Assembly: GCA_000165345.1 (NCBI GenBank)
Contig: CM000432.1
Coordinates: 288,001 to 352,000, forward strand
Reading direction: 5' to 3'
Length of the DNA stretch: 64,000 bases
Under the pieces are notes generated by a model that was given only the letters and a program-made list of their open reading frames with translations, was not told the origin of the DNA and did no database searches. Numbering within the stretch: the stretch's first letter is position 1; each line of letters starts with the position of its first letter. The position numbers were made by a program, and so were the translations under genes. Shown piece after piece: positions 10,153-20,057 of the stretch.

Positions 10153-11217
10153 ATGAAGTTACCATGTGGGATATTATTTGTTGGAACAGGTGTTTCGAGT
10201 TCGGTACCTTTATTACATCATGCATTAAATTCAGAAAATTATAAATGCTTATGTAGCTATGTTGGGAAAAAAGAGGGCCCATATGATATGACAAAGAATA
10301 CTAGAAATAACGTTTCAATTTTAGTTAGAATTCCAAATATAAAAGAAAAAGAGAATGGGGATGATGATTGTTATAATATATTAATTGATTTAGGGAAATC
10401 ATTCAGAGAAGCAGCAATTTCAGTGTTTCCAAATTATAGCATTTCAAAAATAGATTCAGTTATTTTGACACATTTTCATAACGATGCAGTTGCAGGATTT
10501 AGTTCTATATTACATTTTCAACAGAAAAAAGAAACTCTAGTTCCAATTTATTTAAATGCAGAAACTTTGGATCTAGTGAATAAAAGGCATAACAAAATTA
10601 TTAATAACTATGCATTTGAGGACAATTTGGTTAATTCAAAAGATTTGAAACGTAGATATGAATTAAACGTCTTTGATATTTACAATGGTAAAATCGAAAA
10701 ATGTTTGAATTCCAATAAACTATACAATATATTGGATAGCTTTAATAAAGAATCAAAATTCAAAAATAATAAAGAATTTAAGAAAATCGAATTTTCTATT
10801 AATAATATTAAAATAACAGCATTTCCAATGAATCATGGTAATTGTATATGTATGGGGTATTGCTTTCATTTTGAAGAACAAAATGTTATTTATATATCTG
10901 ACTATACATTTCCAATGTTAGATAGTTCTATTGAATTTTTAAATTCTATCAAAGATGAAAAGAGGTCTACACTCATTTTGGATTCCATTTCATATAATAA
11001 AATAAGTAATGCTCATGCAAACATCTCTCAATCTTTGAAATTTATACAAGAATTTTCACCAGATTATGTTTATTTTATTGGTATGTCATGTTCTGTTGAA
11101 CATGATGAGACAAATAAAATTTTAAATAATGAATTAATCAATCTAAAGAATGATGGGAAATGTATCAACACAATTTCTATTGAATTGGCATATGATGGTT
11201 TATTCTTACCTATATAA
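10153..11217 (+). CDS. PhnP-like metallo-beta-lactamase-fold (Lactamase_B_2) protein with a partly retained HxHxDH motif
   Basis: The N-terminus ILFVGTGVSSSVPLL....C.C parallels PhnP (GTGGAQGVPAWGCECAAC). ILTHFHNDAVAGFSSI aligns to PhnP LLTHYHMDHVQGL, giving H-x-H-x-D-A with the last His lost. It is a paralog of the convergent gene 12413..13342. Confidence 0.55.
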   Translation: MKLPCGILFVGTGVSSSVPLLHHALNSENYKCLCSYVGKKEGPYDMTKNTRNNVSILVRIPNIKEKENGDDDCYNILIDLGKSFREAAISVFPNYSISKIDSVILTHFHNDAVAGFSSILHFQQKKETLVPIYLNAETLDLVNKRHNKIINNYAFEDNLVNSKDLKRRYELNVFDIYNGKIEKCLNSNKLYNILDSFNKESKFKNNKEFKKIEFSINNIKITAFPMNHGNCICMGYCFHFEEQNVIYISDYTFPMLDSSIEFLNSIKDEKRSTLILDSISYNKISNAHANISQSLKFIQEFSPDYVYFIGMSCSVEHDETNKILNNELINLKNDGKCINTISIELAYDGLFLPI

Positions 11218-11311
11218 TAAATTAATATTTTATAATTACTTTGATAATTTTTTATAATTAAATATTGGAAAATTCTACAAATATAAAATTCAAAATTAAT
11301 ACTGATTTTAT

Positions 11312-11745
11312 TTACTTTGATGGAATAATTTGAAGAATTTCCTTTGTTTCTTCTTTTGAAACTTCTTTAAGTGCTTTGATAATCAATAAGAATTCAGTTG
11401 CCAGTTTTTGTATTTCAGAATCTTCTGCACTCTGTGGTGGTAGAAACTCAATCTTTGCTTTTCTAGTTTGAACTTCTTGAGCTGCTTGACTGTGGGCTGA
11501 GATATTTTCTATCACTTGATCAGTATTCTAAAATAAATAATTATTCATTAAATTCTAATTAAAAAAAAAAGAAGTTTTTTTTAATTAAACTTTACCTCAG
11601 AAATATCCTCATTTAATTTATCGTGTGCTTCTTTTACCAATGCCATTGGATCAAAAGCTGCAAGAAACATTGTGGTAATTGGTCTTGCATTTGTAACTCC
11701 AAAGAATGCAACTATAATTAAGAACAATATATTGAAAATCTTCAT
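11312..11745 (-). CDS. Small secreted protein, two exons (exon 1 11596..11745, intron 11528..11595, exon 2 11312..11527), about 121 aa
   Basis: The ORF track shows only 11312..11515, which begins with GTG. Upstream on the same strand an ATG at 11745 opens a 50-codon exon (MKIFNILFLIIVAFFGVTNARPITT...HDKLNEDISE) with a classic signal peptide. It ends exactly at a GTAAAG donor. A 68-nt AT-rich intron ends in TTTTAG and joins in phase 0 to NTDQVIENISAHSQ... Confidence 0.55.
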
Positions 11746-11965
11746 AATTTTTTTAATATAGAAAAAAAAATAATAAATTAATAATAAATGTTATTAAATA
11801 AATTGTAAATATTTATTTAATTAATTTTTTTTAGTCACACATTACTATTTTCTCCACTAAACTACTAACATTTTTTTTGCTTGAATTTCTATACCGGTAT
11901 CACTTGTCCACATTAAAAATAATAATAACGATTACGTGTGCAATTAAATTCAATATTTAAATCAA

Positions 11966-11984
11966 GTGCATGCGCATATGCATG
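11966..11984. promoter_or_regulatory. GCATGC palindrome cluster (GTGCATGCGCATATGCATG), 220 bp upstream of the secreted-protein gene
   Basis: Same motif class as at 8082, 37501 and 51790. A TACCGGTAT box lies at 11891..11900 nearby. Confidence 0.35.
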
Positions 11985-12412
11985 TTATTGGACAATTTTT
12001 TTCATGCACAAAAAAAAAAAAAAAATGCAATTTTTTAAAAAATTAGTTAAGAATTAAGTTATTTTTAGGAATGGAGAAATCAGTTGAAGATTTTATTATG
12101 AAAAATTTCTTGATAAAATTGAAAAAAAGAAATGAATAAAGAATATACAAATGTATTGGAATAATTAAATTTTAAGTCAAATGTAATTGAAAGAAAACCA
12201 ATTATTAGCTAATAATTGGAATTATTTGAGAGTCGAAAGATATCGTAAATTTTAACTTGGGAAATTCAATACTATTTTTATCAACGATCTCTTGAACAAA
12301 ATCATGTGAATACTTACAATCAATACTATAAAAGAATATATTCTCAGTATTTATTATATTTGCGCAAAAATTTATTGAATCTTTGATTGATTTTGAATTA
12401 ATCGAAATTGAT

Positions 12413-13342
12413 TCATTTGGGACAATTGGGAAAGATGAGTATATTAATAAGTTGAATCGTTTTTAAAAATGCTAAAGTTTCTTTTGGAATAATAGAATAT
12501 CTTGGAATAATGCAAATCAATTTTTTATCACTTGCATATTCAATACAATATCCAGAAGAAAGTTTATTATCTGAATCAATAAAAAATAATGATGTAATTT
12601 TTATTTCATTGGAATATTGAATAATCACTGGATTCAAAGTTAAGTTTTTATCAATTTCATCACTTATCTCAATATCATTATTCAAGCTAATATAATCATT
12701 AAATTTGGATATTGAATCAATTTTAGTAACATCTGGAGAATTTCTTGGATCAAGTATGTTAAGTTGAACACAACCAACTTTTGTTTTTGATTTTAAATCA
12801 TCTTTTAAAGAATAATTAATTATGTAACTATACCAGTCATTAAATTTGTTTAATGCAGAAGATGTAAAATATATTGGTACTCTAATTTTTGGCTCATAAA
12901 ATACTATTCCATCGTTTCCCACAGGTCTTTCATATTTTTGAACTTCTCTTGTTTCATCTATTCCATTAAAAGATGATTCATCCGAACCCATACAAAAAAT
13001 GGCATCCAATCTATTAATATTTGCAGGTATTGCATATTCTAGCATTGATATTCTAAATGTTGAGCCAATTTCAAAAAGAAATGTATCATGGCGTTCACTT
13101 TCAGAACTATTTAAATTACTAACTGGATTCTTAATTAAAATAGAAAATGGATTACGTACATTTTTATTCTTCATCTTAATTGACTCTTGACATATACCAC
13201 AAAATGGGTCGTTTCCTTTATTAACATTATCTATATTTTTAAATACATGCTCAAGATTTGGCGTACCTTGTTCGGTACCAGAACCTAAGAAAAGAATAAA
13301 GCTACTCATATCTCTTGTTGGCTTATGAGAATGTGCATGCAT
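12413..13342 (-). CDS. PhnP-like MBL-fold paralog with a degraded metal-binding motif (probable pseudo-enzyme)
   Basis: Aligns with the 10153 protein: FILFLGSGTEQGTPNL / ILFVGTGVSSSVPLL; RNPFSILIKNP / RNNVSILVRIP; and DAIFCMGSDESSFNG in place of SVILTHFHNDAVAGF. The His cluster is entirely replaced. The start could instead be the internal Met (MSSFILFLGSG) at 13309. Confidence 0.5.
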   Translation of the reverse strand: MHAHSHKPTRDMSSFILFLGSGTEQGTPNLEHVFKNIDNVNKGNDPFCGICQESIKMKNKNVRNPFSILIKNPVSNLNSSESERHDTFLFEIGSTFRISMLEYAIPANINRLDAIFCMGSDESSFNGIDETREVQKYERPVGNDGIVFYEPKIRVPIYFTSSALNKFNDWYSYIINYSLKDDLKSKTKVGCVQLNILDPRNSPDVTKIDSISKFNDYISLNNDIEISDEIDKNLTLNPVIIQYSNEIKITSLFFIDSDNKLSSGYCIEYASDKKLICIIPRYSIIPKETLAFLKTIQLINILIFPNCPK

Positions 13343-13463
13343 GTGGGGAGGATATTCGTATTTAAATCTTCCCTTTTTTTTAAATCTCCAGAATCAAAAA
13401 CTTAGCATTCCATCTGTATTACGACTTAATTGGATTAACTTATAGGTTAAAATCAGTTGAAAT

Positions 13464-13475
13464 GCGCGCCAAATT
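13464..13475. promoter_or_regulatory. E2F-like box (TGCGCGCCAAAT) in a divergent promoter
   Basis: Lies between the minus-strand gene starting at 13342 and the plus-strand gene starting at 13687. Confidence 0.35.
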
Positions 13476-13686
13476 TTTACTATTTCAGTGAAAATTATAT
13501 TGCAGCAAAAGTAATATTCTCTAATTGACATATTTCAGAATTTATAATTTAATATTATACAAAAGTTGATAATTTAAGAATTTTCCGAGTGAAGTGGAGT
13601 TTTTGTTACACTCATTTAATAACTTAATAGCAATACAAAAATTCTTGGATCTTAAACAAGTAATTAGTGAGCATAACACATTTAAA

Positions 13687-14403
13687 ATGTCTAGGAAGAA
13701 AGAAAAATTGAATGCTGCAAAAACTAATTCCAGTCAGAATTTGCAATTATTAATAGTTTGGACGATATTCTTGGGTATTATTGTATTATTTTTCCACTTA
13801 ATTTATAAATATTTGATTAAAAACATATTTAATTATATATTAAATTTTATTAGTAAAAAAGATTCCAGCTTTAATGAAAATGCTAATAATATTAGCACTA
13901 ATAATAATAATCGAGATATCAATACTAGCTCAAGTGCATTTGATAGGGGTGAAATTGATGCAAATCTACAAAGTGGAAATTTTACTTCTGATAATTCAAT
14001 ATTTAGAGTTTCAATCGGATTTTGCTACAGTAAAGAAGCTGAGAATCTTAAGAAGCTAAAGGTAAAAGAGTCTCTGATCAAGCTTTCTGGTTTTACTGAT
14101 CTTTTTCTATTTATTCAGGTTGATACTGAGCAAGATGAACTGGTTATATTGAATTATATGCAAGAATTTGGAATATTTGAAGCTGGATTAAAGAAACATA
14201 GACTTGTTTTTTGTGAAAAACCTGAATCTATTCCAAATATGGCAAGACAACTACAAGCTAATATGCATATTGATACAAATCAAGATAATGCACAGAAACT
14301 TTTAAATAAGGTTCCAAATATTTCTATTCTAACTTTCGACGATGACGGAGATTCATTATATGAATTGGTTGAAACAATTGAAAATGTTGTAAACTCAAAA
14401 TAA
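13687..14403 (+). CDS. Hypothetical N-terminally anchored membrane protein
   Basis: The ORF is open from 13594 (GTG) but the first ATG is at 13687 (MSRKKEKL). One TM helix (LQLLIVWTIFLGIIVLFFHLIY) is followed by a soluble domain. I recognise no family. Confidence 0.45.
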   Translation: MSRKKEKLNAAKTNSSQNLQLLIVWTIFLGIIVLFFHLIYKYLIKNIFNYILNFISKKDSSFNENANNISTNNNNRDINTSSSAFDRGEIDANLQSGNFTSDNSIFRVSIGFCYSKEAENLKKLKVKESLIKLSGFTDLFLFIQVDTEQDELVILNYMQEFGIFEAGLKKHRLVFCEKPESIPNMARQLQANMHIDTNQDNAQKLLNKVPNISILTFDDDGDSLYELVETIENVVNSK

Positions 14404-14504
14404 TAATGATAAAGTTCATCAAATAATACGATTAAAAAAATTACTATAATATATCTAATTTATAATATGTGAATAAATTTTAATTGGAATTATATTTATA
14501 TATA

Positions 14505-16304
14505 TTAAAGCAATCTTTTATTTCTTCTAAAAAAGTAATGAATATAAAGACCAGACCCAACCAGTAAAAAAATGGATGTTTTATTATTTAATATAAAGCT
14601 TTTGCATACATTATAATATGATAAGAAGATTCTTGAAAATACATTTGAGATTTTGAAGTTATCATTAAACTTTTTTTGAATGGTAAATAATGAATTGGCA
14701 CTTAAATTTACTGCCTTTGTTGAATTATTACTATTATTAACAGGCTTTGTCATTGCTTCAAGCTCAGAATCTTCAATTTCAGATGAATTCATAAATAACT
14801 CATCATCAATAAAATCTTCATCAGAATTATCTTCATCATCAGAAACTTTTAATTGTTGATTTACATCTTCAATATTATAATTTTTTGCTTGTTTTAATGC
14901 AAGCTGACCACACGCACCGAAAATTCCATCCCCCATTTTTCTTCTAACAGTTACAAATATATTCAAATCAATAAGTACCTTGGCAAATTTGGTAATAATT
15001 TCTTTAGATGGAGTGGAAAAACGAGTACTTGTATTGGTTTTATTGTATGGAATGAGATTAACAATAGCAAAATTGGTTCTATTAAAGTCTTTAGATAATT
15101 CTTTAAAGATGGTACTCGCAATATGGCTTTTAAAGTTTTTATTAATTATTTTGTTATCAGACATATAATTAATATTCATTTTAACACTATCATCTCTATT
15201 GTCTATTATTTCCTCAATAATATTTTTTGAAATTGGAGTATTTTTCAGCAAATTTGCAAGTTCAACTGCATGATCTTCAGAGTCATTCACATCCTTAAGC
15301 ATTGTATATTCAATAATTATCATTTTATGTCCATATAATAATTTATTCGAGATTAAAATATCATCATAATTCATATTGTCTTTAATGTGATCTTTATTTC
15401 TATCATCTAATAAATTTTTATAACATTTATTAATTATCGTCTTGAAAATAAAAATATCCAAAGATCTCATTAAATCAGAAATTTTATATAATCTTGCAAT
15501 TGGAATAATTCTCTCTCTAAGTGATTGATTTGGTGCATGTAAGCTTAAACAAAGTCCAACTCCAGGTAAATCATCTGCAAGATTAATAATATTTGAAGGT
15601 ATACCAACAGTACTAACCAGAATATGTCCAGAAGATAACGAGAATATTCTAGGGTCAACCATTAATCTAATTGAATCAATAACTTCATCATAATTTTCCA
15701 ACGGTTCTCCCATTCCCATAAAAACAACATTTCTCACAGGTTCTTTGAGTATATTTTTTATATAATATAATTGCTGTAAAATTTCTCCTGATAAAAGTGA
15801 ACCTCTAAGACCCATAGATCCTGTTGCACAAAACATACAACCCATTCTACATCCAATTTGCGATGATACACATATTGAGATTCTCTTATACTTGGATGAA
15901 GTACTTATTTCTTGTTGATTACTATCATTGTTTTTATTATTACTATTACTGTTACAAATGTTTGTATTTTCATTAACCTGATCATCACCGTATCTCATAA
16001 TTACAGCTTCAATTTCATGAGAATCTTGTAATCTGAAGATAATTTTGGTTGTATTACCATCTTTGGATGTTTGTGAATTAATTAATTGTATATTTAAGAT
16101 AGAAAATTGTTCATTTATAATTTTATAGGCAGCTTTTGGTATATCCTTAATTTCTGACATATTCTTAATGCCTTTTTGTACAATATTCCTCCAAATTGTA
16201 TATGCATGAATTCTTTTGACACCTGCATCGTCTAATGCTTTTGTAAGAGACTTATAATCAAAAATTGAATGTTTTTTTATATCTGTTCTTCTCTTATTCT
16301 CCAT
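14505..16304 (-). CDS. RlmN/Cfr-family radical-SAM methyltransferase homolog (RNA adenine C2 methyltransferase-like)
   Basis: CVSSQIGCRMGCMFCATG matches the RlmN CxxxCxxC cluster (CVSSQVGCALECKFCSTA). NVVFMGMGEPLENYDEV matches NVVMMGMGEPLLN. SLHAPNQSLRERIIP matches SLHAPNDEIRDEIVP. IEYTMLKDVNDSEDHAVELANLLKNTP matches [34 protein letters not shown]...FVTVRRKMGDGIFGACGQLAL matches INLIPWNP...[21 protein letters not shown]. An RlmN-type N-terminal domain is present with no obvious transit peptide. There is also an internal insertion of about 60 aa and an acidic C-terminal extension of about 100 aa. Confidence 0.75.
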   Translation of the reverse strand: MENKRRTDIKKHSIFDYKSLTKALDDAGVKRIHAYTIWRNIVQKGIKNMSEIKDIPKAAYKIINEQFSILNIQLINSQTSKDGNTTKIIFRLQDSHEIEAVIMRYGDDQVNENTNICNSNSNNKNNDSNQQEISTSSKYKRISICVSSQIGCRMGCMFCATGSMGLRGSLLSGEILQQLYYIKNILKEPVRNVVFMGMGEPLENYDEVIDSIRLMVDPRIFSLSSGHILVSTVGIPSNIINLADDLPGVGLCLSLHAPNQSLRERIIPIARLYKISDLMRSLDIFIFKTIINKCYKNLLDDRNKDHIKDNMNYDDILISNKLLYGHKMIIIEYTMLKDVNDSEDHAVELANLLKNTPISKNIIEEIIDNRDDSVKMNINYMSDNKIINKNFKSHIASTIFKELSKDFNRTNFAIVNLIPYNKTNTSTRFSTPSKEIITKFAKVLIDLNIFVTVRRKMGDGIFGACGQLALKQAKNYNIEDVNQQLKVSDDEDNSDEDFIDDELFMNSSEIEDSELEAMTKPVNNSNNSTKAVNLSANSLFTIQKKFNDNFKISNVFSRIFLSYYNVCKSFILNNKTSIFLLVGSGLYIHYFFRRNKRLL

Positions 16305-16584
16305 GATTATTAATTATTGATAATCACATGAATTAAGTTTGATTTAATTAATATTATTGGTTTGACAAGTCTTATTTTTTTCTTATAATTGGAAAAAAGT
16401 CTTAATAAATTCTCAGTTTAAAGAATGAAGAGGATAAATACTTGATACTTGTTACCTAATTTAAAATAATATTACTAACTTATTAGAGTTAGAAAAAGAA
16501 ATTGATTAGGTTGCAGCTAAAATTTGTACCTTTTTCTAATTAATAATCAATTCTAAATATAATCAAAAAATAAGAAATGCACCT

Positions 16585-16596
16585 GGCGCTGGCGCC
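16585..16596. promoter_or_regulatory. Palindromic double E2F-like box (GGCGCTGGCGCC)
   Basis: Lies in the divergent spacer between the RlmN-like gene (-) and Rpt2 (+). Confidence 0.4.
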
Positions 16597-16811
16597 AGAG
16601 CTATGAATACCAATATATTTACTATATTAAACTTGACTATAGATATTTTCAGCTTTGCTATTTACATGAAAGCACCTATTATTAATATTTAAGAACAAAG
16701 AAACTTTCAAAGTTCCAAAAAATTTATTTGATTATCTTTTTAATATTTTTTCATGCAATAATTATTAATAATAGTGATTGTTTAGGGCTTTTTAAAATTT
16801 AAGAGCAATTA

Positions 16812-16874
16812 TGCGCGCCAAATGTTTGATCCATTAAATTATTGGGTATAAGAATGAGGGGGCGGGCAAATTTT
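16812..16874. promoter_or_regulatory. Two E2F-like boxes (TGCGCGCCAAATG and GGGGGCGGGCAAATTTT) upstream of Rpt2
   Basis: GC-rich islands 270-330 bp upstream of the Rpt2 ATG at 17145. Confidence 0.4.
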
Positions 16875-17144
16875 AAGGGGGTATATTATATAAATAATTT
16901 ATTGGGGCAAAAGTAATAATAATAAATAAATGCGTTAAATTTTAACTGTATTGTTATAATAGCATTAATAAAGTACAAGAAGATTTCTAAGGTACAAATT
17001 TCAATAAGGTAATAATTTTGAGGAGAAGAGTAATAAAAGGAATCTTTTGGAGAGACTGGCAATTCAAATTAAGGCAGATTTGAATATAATACACACACAA
17101 TAAAATATATGCTCAAGTAAGGTAAAGGTAGGTTAGAGAAAAGT

Positions 17145-18482
17145 ATGGGAAATTCACATGGTGTACTTGGGGAGGGGGGGATGAAAAATAATAGGAAGTC
17201 AAAGAACAATGGTAAAGATGAGAAAAAGAAATTAGAATCCGCCCCACCTCCAATGGAAATGAAAAGGAAAAGAAAGCAAAAAGGCCCACCACAATATGCT
17301 AGATTGCCGGCAGTAGTTCCAAATGCCAAATGTAGACTAAGATTATTAAAGTATGAGAGAATTAAAGACTATTTAATGATGGAACAAGAATTTATTACAA
17401 GTATGGAAAGTGTAAAGCCATCAGCAGAGACAGCAGAAGAAGAACACAATAAAGTGGATGATTTAAGAGGGTCACCAATGAATATTGGAACTTTAGAGGA
17501 AATTATAGATGAGAATCATGCAATAGTTTCATCATCAGTAGGGTCTGAGTATTATGTAAATATTTTATCGTTTGTAGACAAGAACCAACTTGAACCTGGA
17601 AGTTCAGTATTATTACATAATAAAGTATATTCTGTTGTTGGAATAATGAATGATGAGGTGGATCCTTTAGTTTCTGTAATGAAAGTTGATAAAGCTCCTT
17701 TGGAAAGCTATGCAGATATTGGTGGTTTAGAACAGCAGATCCAAGAAATAAAGGAGGCTGTAGAAATTCCTTTAACACATCCTGAATTATATGATGACAT
17801 TGGTATTAAACCTCCAAAAGGAGTAATTTTGTATGGTCCTCCAGGAACTGGTAAAACTCTTTTAGCTAAAGCTGTTGCAAATGAAACTTCAGCAACCTTT
17901 TTAAGGGTAGTTGGAAGTGAACTAATTCAAAAGTATTTAGGAGATGGACCAAAACTTGTACGTGAGTTATTCAGAGTTGCTGAGGAAAATGCTCCAAGTA
18001 TTGTTTTTATTGATGAAATTGATGCTGTTGGTACTAAGAGACATGACTCTCAAAGTGGAGGTGAGAGAGATATTCAAAGAACTATGCTTGAATTACTTAA
18101 TCAATTGGATGGATTTGAGGCAAGAGGGGATGTTAAAGTTATTATGGCAACTAATAAAATTGAAAGTCTAGATCCAGCTCTTATTAGACCTGGAAGAATT
18201 GATAGAAAGATTGAACTTCCCAATCCAGACTGTAAAACTAAAAGAAGAATCTTTCAAATTCACACAAGCAAAATGACTCTATCTGATGATGTTGACTTGG
18301 AGGAATTTATTATGGCAAAAGATGATATTAGTGGGGCAGATATTAAAGCAATTTGTACCGAAGCTGGTCTTCTGGCTCTTAGAGAAAGAAGGATGAGAGT
18401 TACACAAGAAGATCTCAGGAAAGCTAAAGAAAAGGCTTTATATAGAAAGAAGGGTGGAATACCTGAAGGCTTATATCTCTAG
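17145..18482 (+). CDS. RPT2: 26S proteasome regulatory ATPase subunit Rpt2 (PSMC1/S4)
   Basis: Near-colinear identity to human PSMC1: N-terminal MG (a myristoylation-type start), [49 protein letters not shown], Walker [61 protein letters not shown], and the C-terminal GIPEGLYL. Confidence 0.95.
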   Translation: MGNSHGVLGEGGMKNNRKSKNNGKDEKKKLESAPPPMEMKRKRKQKGPPQYARLPAVVPNAKCRLRLLKYERIKDYLMMEQEFITSMESVKPSAETAEEEHNKVDDLRGSPMNIGTLEEIIDENHAIVSSSVGSEYYVNILSFVDKNQLEPGSSVLLHNKVYSVVGIMNDEVDPLVSVMKVDKAPLESYADIGGLEQQIQEIKEAVEIPLTHPELYDDIGIKPPKGVILYGPPGTGKTLLAKAVANETSATFLRVVGSELIQKYLGDGPKLVRELFRVAEENAPSIVFIDEIDAVGTKRHDSQSGGERDIQRTMLELLNQLDGFEARGDVKVIMATNKIESLDPALIRPGRIDRKIELPNPDCKTKRRIFQIHTSKMTLSDDVDLEEFIMAKDDISGADIKAICTEAGLLALRERRMRVTQEDLRKAKEKALYRKKGGIPEGLYL

Positions 18483-18866
18483 GCAACTTTTTCATAGACA
18501 TTTTCCCGCCTTTGTCACTTCTAACTTTTATTATCAATTTAAGTAAAATAATGAATCGGGATATGTAACAATGAATAAGTAGGTCTAATATATATCTGTT
18601 AGTTTTATTTTGAGAAAGGATATATTTGTAGAATTTTTATTTTCTATTAAAATCTCTGGAAATTTTATTGGAATATGATTTTGTCTTAGTATAGTCACTC
18701 TAACTATTTCTCCCTCCTCACGCTTAAACAAGCATGAATTATATACTTAAAATAATTGTAATGAAGTGACGATAATAAGTAAATTCCCCTAACTTAAGAT
18801 GCCAGTTTTGATTCTAATCATTTTATTTGCACGAGTGTGTGGGGCCAGTGGAAATGAAAACGCATG

Positions 18867-18880
18867 TTTTGGCGCCAACT
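18867..18880. promoter_or_regulatory. Orphan E2F-like box (TTTTGGCGCCAACT) in a convergent 3-prime spacer
   Basis: Perfect TTTGGCGCCA core. It lies between the Rpt2 stop (18482) and the 3-prime end of the minus-strand ORF 18914..19246. No obvious downstream gene is visible. Confidence 0.3.
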
Positions 18881-18913
18881 GATATTTTATTTTATTCTAA
18901 TATTGCATTTTAA

Positions 18914-19246
18914 TTAAGTCAGCTTGGTAAATTTTTTTCTGGAAAATTTACTAAAAATATCACCAAATAAATTATAAGCTCTGTAGTTAGGATCTTTGTT
19001 TGCTCGTTTTTTATAAATCTTTGTATAATAGTAGTAACCTAATCCAGTAGAGAAGAATAAAAAAGAAAATAAGAGAAATCTGTTAAATAATTTAGAAACA
19101 TGCTTTTTTTTAATATTTTTACTTAATATTTGTGCCGATTTTATATCAATATTTTCAAGTATCTTATCTTTAAGTGTATCAATTGATTTATTGGAGAATA
19201 GCTCTTTTAAAAGAAGAGAAAAGCTTGTACTTATAAAAGCGCTCAT
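18914..19246 (-). CDS. Small hypothetical membrane protein (110 aa)
   Basis: ORF with one hydrophobic segment (FLLFSFLFFSTGLGYYYY). It shares the E2F-containing spacer at 19481 with the divergent plus-strand gene. I find no homology. Confidence 0.3.
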   Translation of the reverse strand: MSAFISTSFSLLLKELFSNKSIDTLKDKILENIDIKSAQILSKNIKKKHVSKLFNRFLLFSFLFFSTGLGYYYYTKIYKKRANKDPNYRAYNLFGDIFSKFSRKKFTKLT

Positions 19247-19480
19247 ATTCTTAACTTTTTTATATAGAAATTGTTCTTAAAAGTATAGCTTTCTTATAAC
19301 GAAATAAAAAGGTAAATTATTGACAGAATATTGTTACTCTTTCTACAGACTTTTCTTTTTTTATATTCTGAATAATCTTACTTCCTTATATCCTCTTTTT
19401 TTAATCTACAAATCCAATCCTTCAAAAGTTTAAATAATAATATAACAATTTATTAAATGAAAAAAAAATTCATGCAGAGT

Positions 19481-19490
19481 TTGGCGGGCT
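19481..19490. promoter_or_regulatory. E2F-like box (TTGGCGGGCT)
   Basis: 140 bp upstream of the ATG at 19629. Confidence 0.4.
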
Positions 19491-19628
19491 TTTCCAAATA
19501 GTTATTAAAAAATTTGAAAAAGGTTTAATATTTTAATTATTCATTAAGATGAAAAATAACTAAATTTTTTTATTAAATAAAAATAATTAATTAATTAAAA
19601 TTAAGTAAACTGATTTTTGAGTTAAAAT

Positions 19629-20036
19629 ATGGCAAAATGCCGTGGGTTTAAGCCAGGAGGAGTTGACAACCCATATTATTATAATAAGAGAAAGATTGTC
19701 AAACAAGAAGGATCTACAATCAAGGAAAGACTTCAGAGATCAACAAGGCCAACATGGGAGGAATTAAGAAAAATGGCAAATAAAACATCAGAGGGATTCT
19801 GTAATATTGACGATAATACTATAAGAAATGATGAATATAAAAGAAAGCTCGACAGAACAAGAGAAGAAAAGCTATCATCAATGATGAATTACAATTCAAA
19901 TAATCAAAATAAATATTATAAAAATAATGATAACAATGAAAACAGTTGTAATTCTGGAAAATATAATAAAGTTTGTGTGGAAAAAAAAAGATCTCGTTCA
20001 TTTGATAGATCATCGCCAAATAATGATAATTTATAA
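19629..20036 (+). CDS. Hypothetical basic protein (135 aa)
   Basis: ATG-initiated ORF with a conserved-looking N-terminus (MAKCRGFKPGGVDNPYYYNKRK...RPTWEELRKMANKTSEGF) followed by an Asn-rich tail. An E2F box lies upstream. I recognise no family. Confidence 0.4.
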   Translation: MAKCRGFKPGGVDNPYYYNKRKIVKQEGSTIKERLQRSTRPTWEELRKMANKTSEGFCNIDDNTIRNDEYKRKLDRTREEKLSSMMNYNSNNQNKYYKNNDNNENSCNSGKYNKVCVEKKRSRSFDRSSPNNDNL

Positions 20037-20057
20037 AGGATCCAGTCTGGTCTGATA

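Noticed and set aside
13594-13686. 5-prime extension of the 13594..14403 ORF (MEFLLHSFNNL...) as reported in the track
   Set aside because: It begins at GTG with no ATG. The first ATG at 13687 (MSRKKEKL) is the more likely start. The same logic applies to the 31986 extension of Rtf2.
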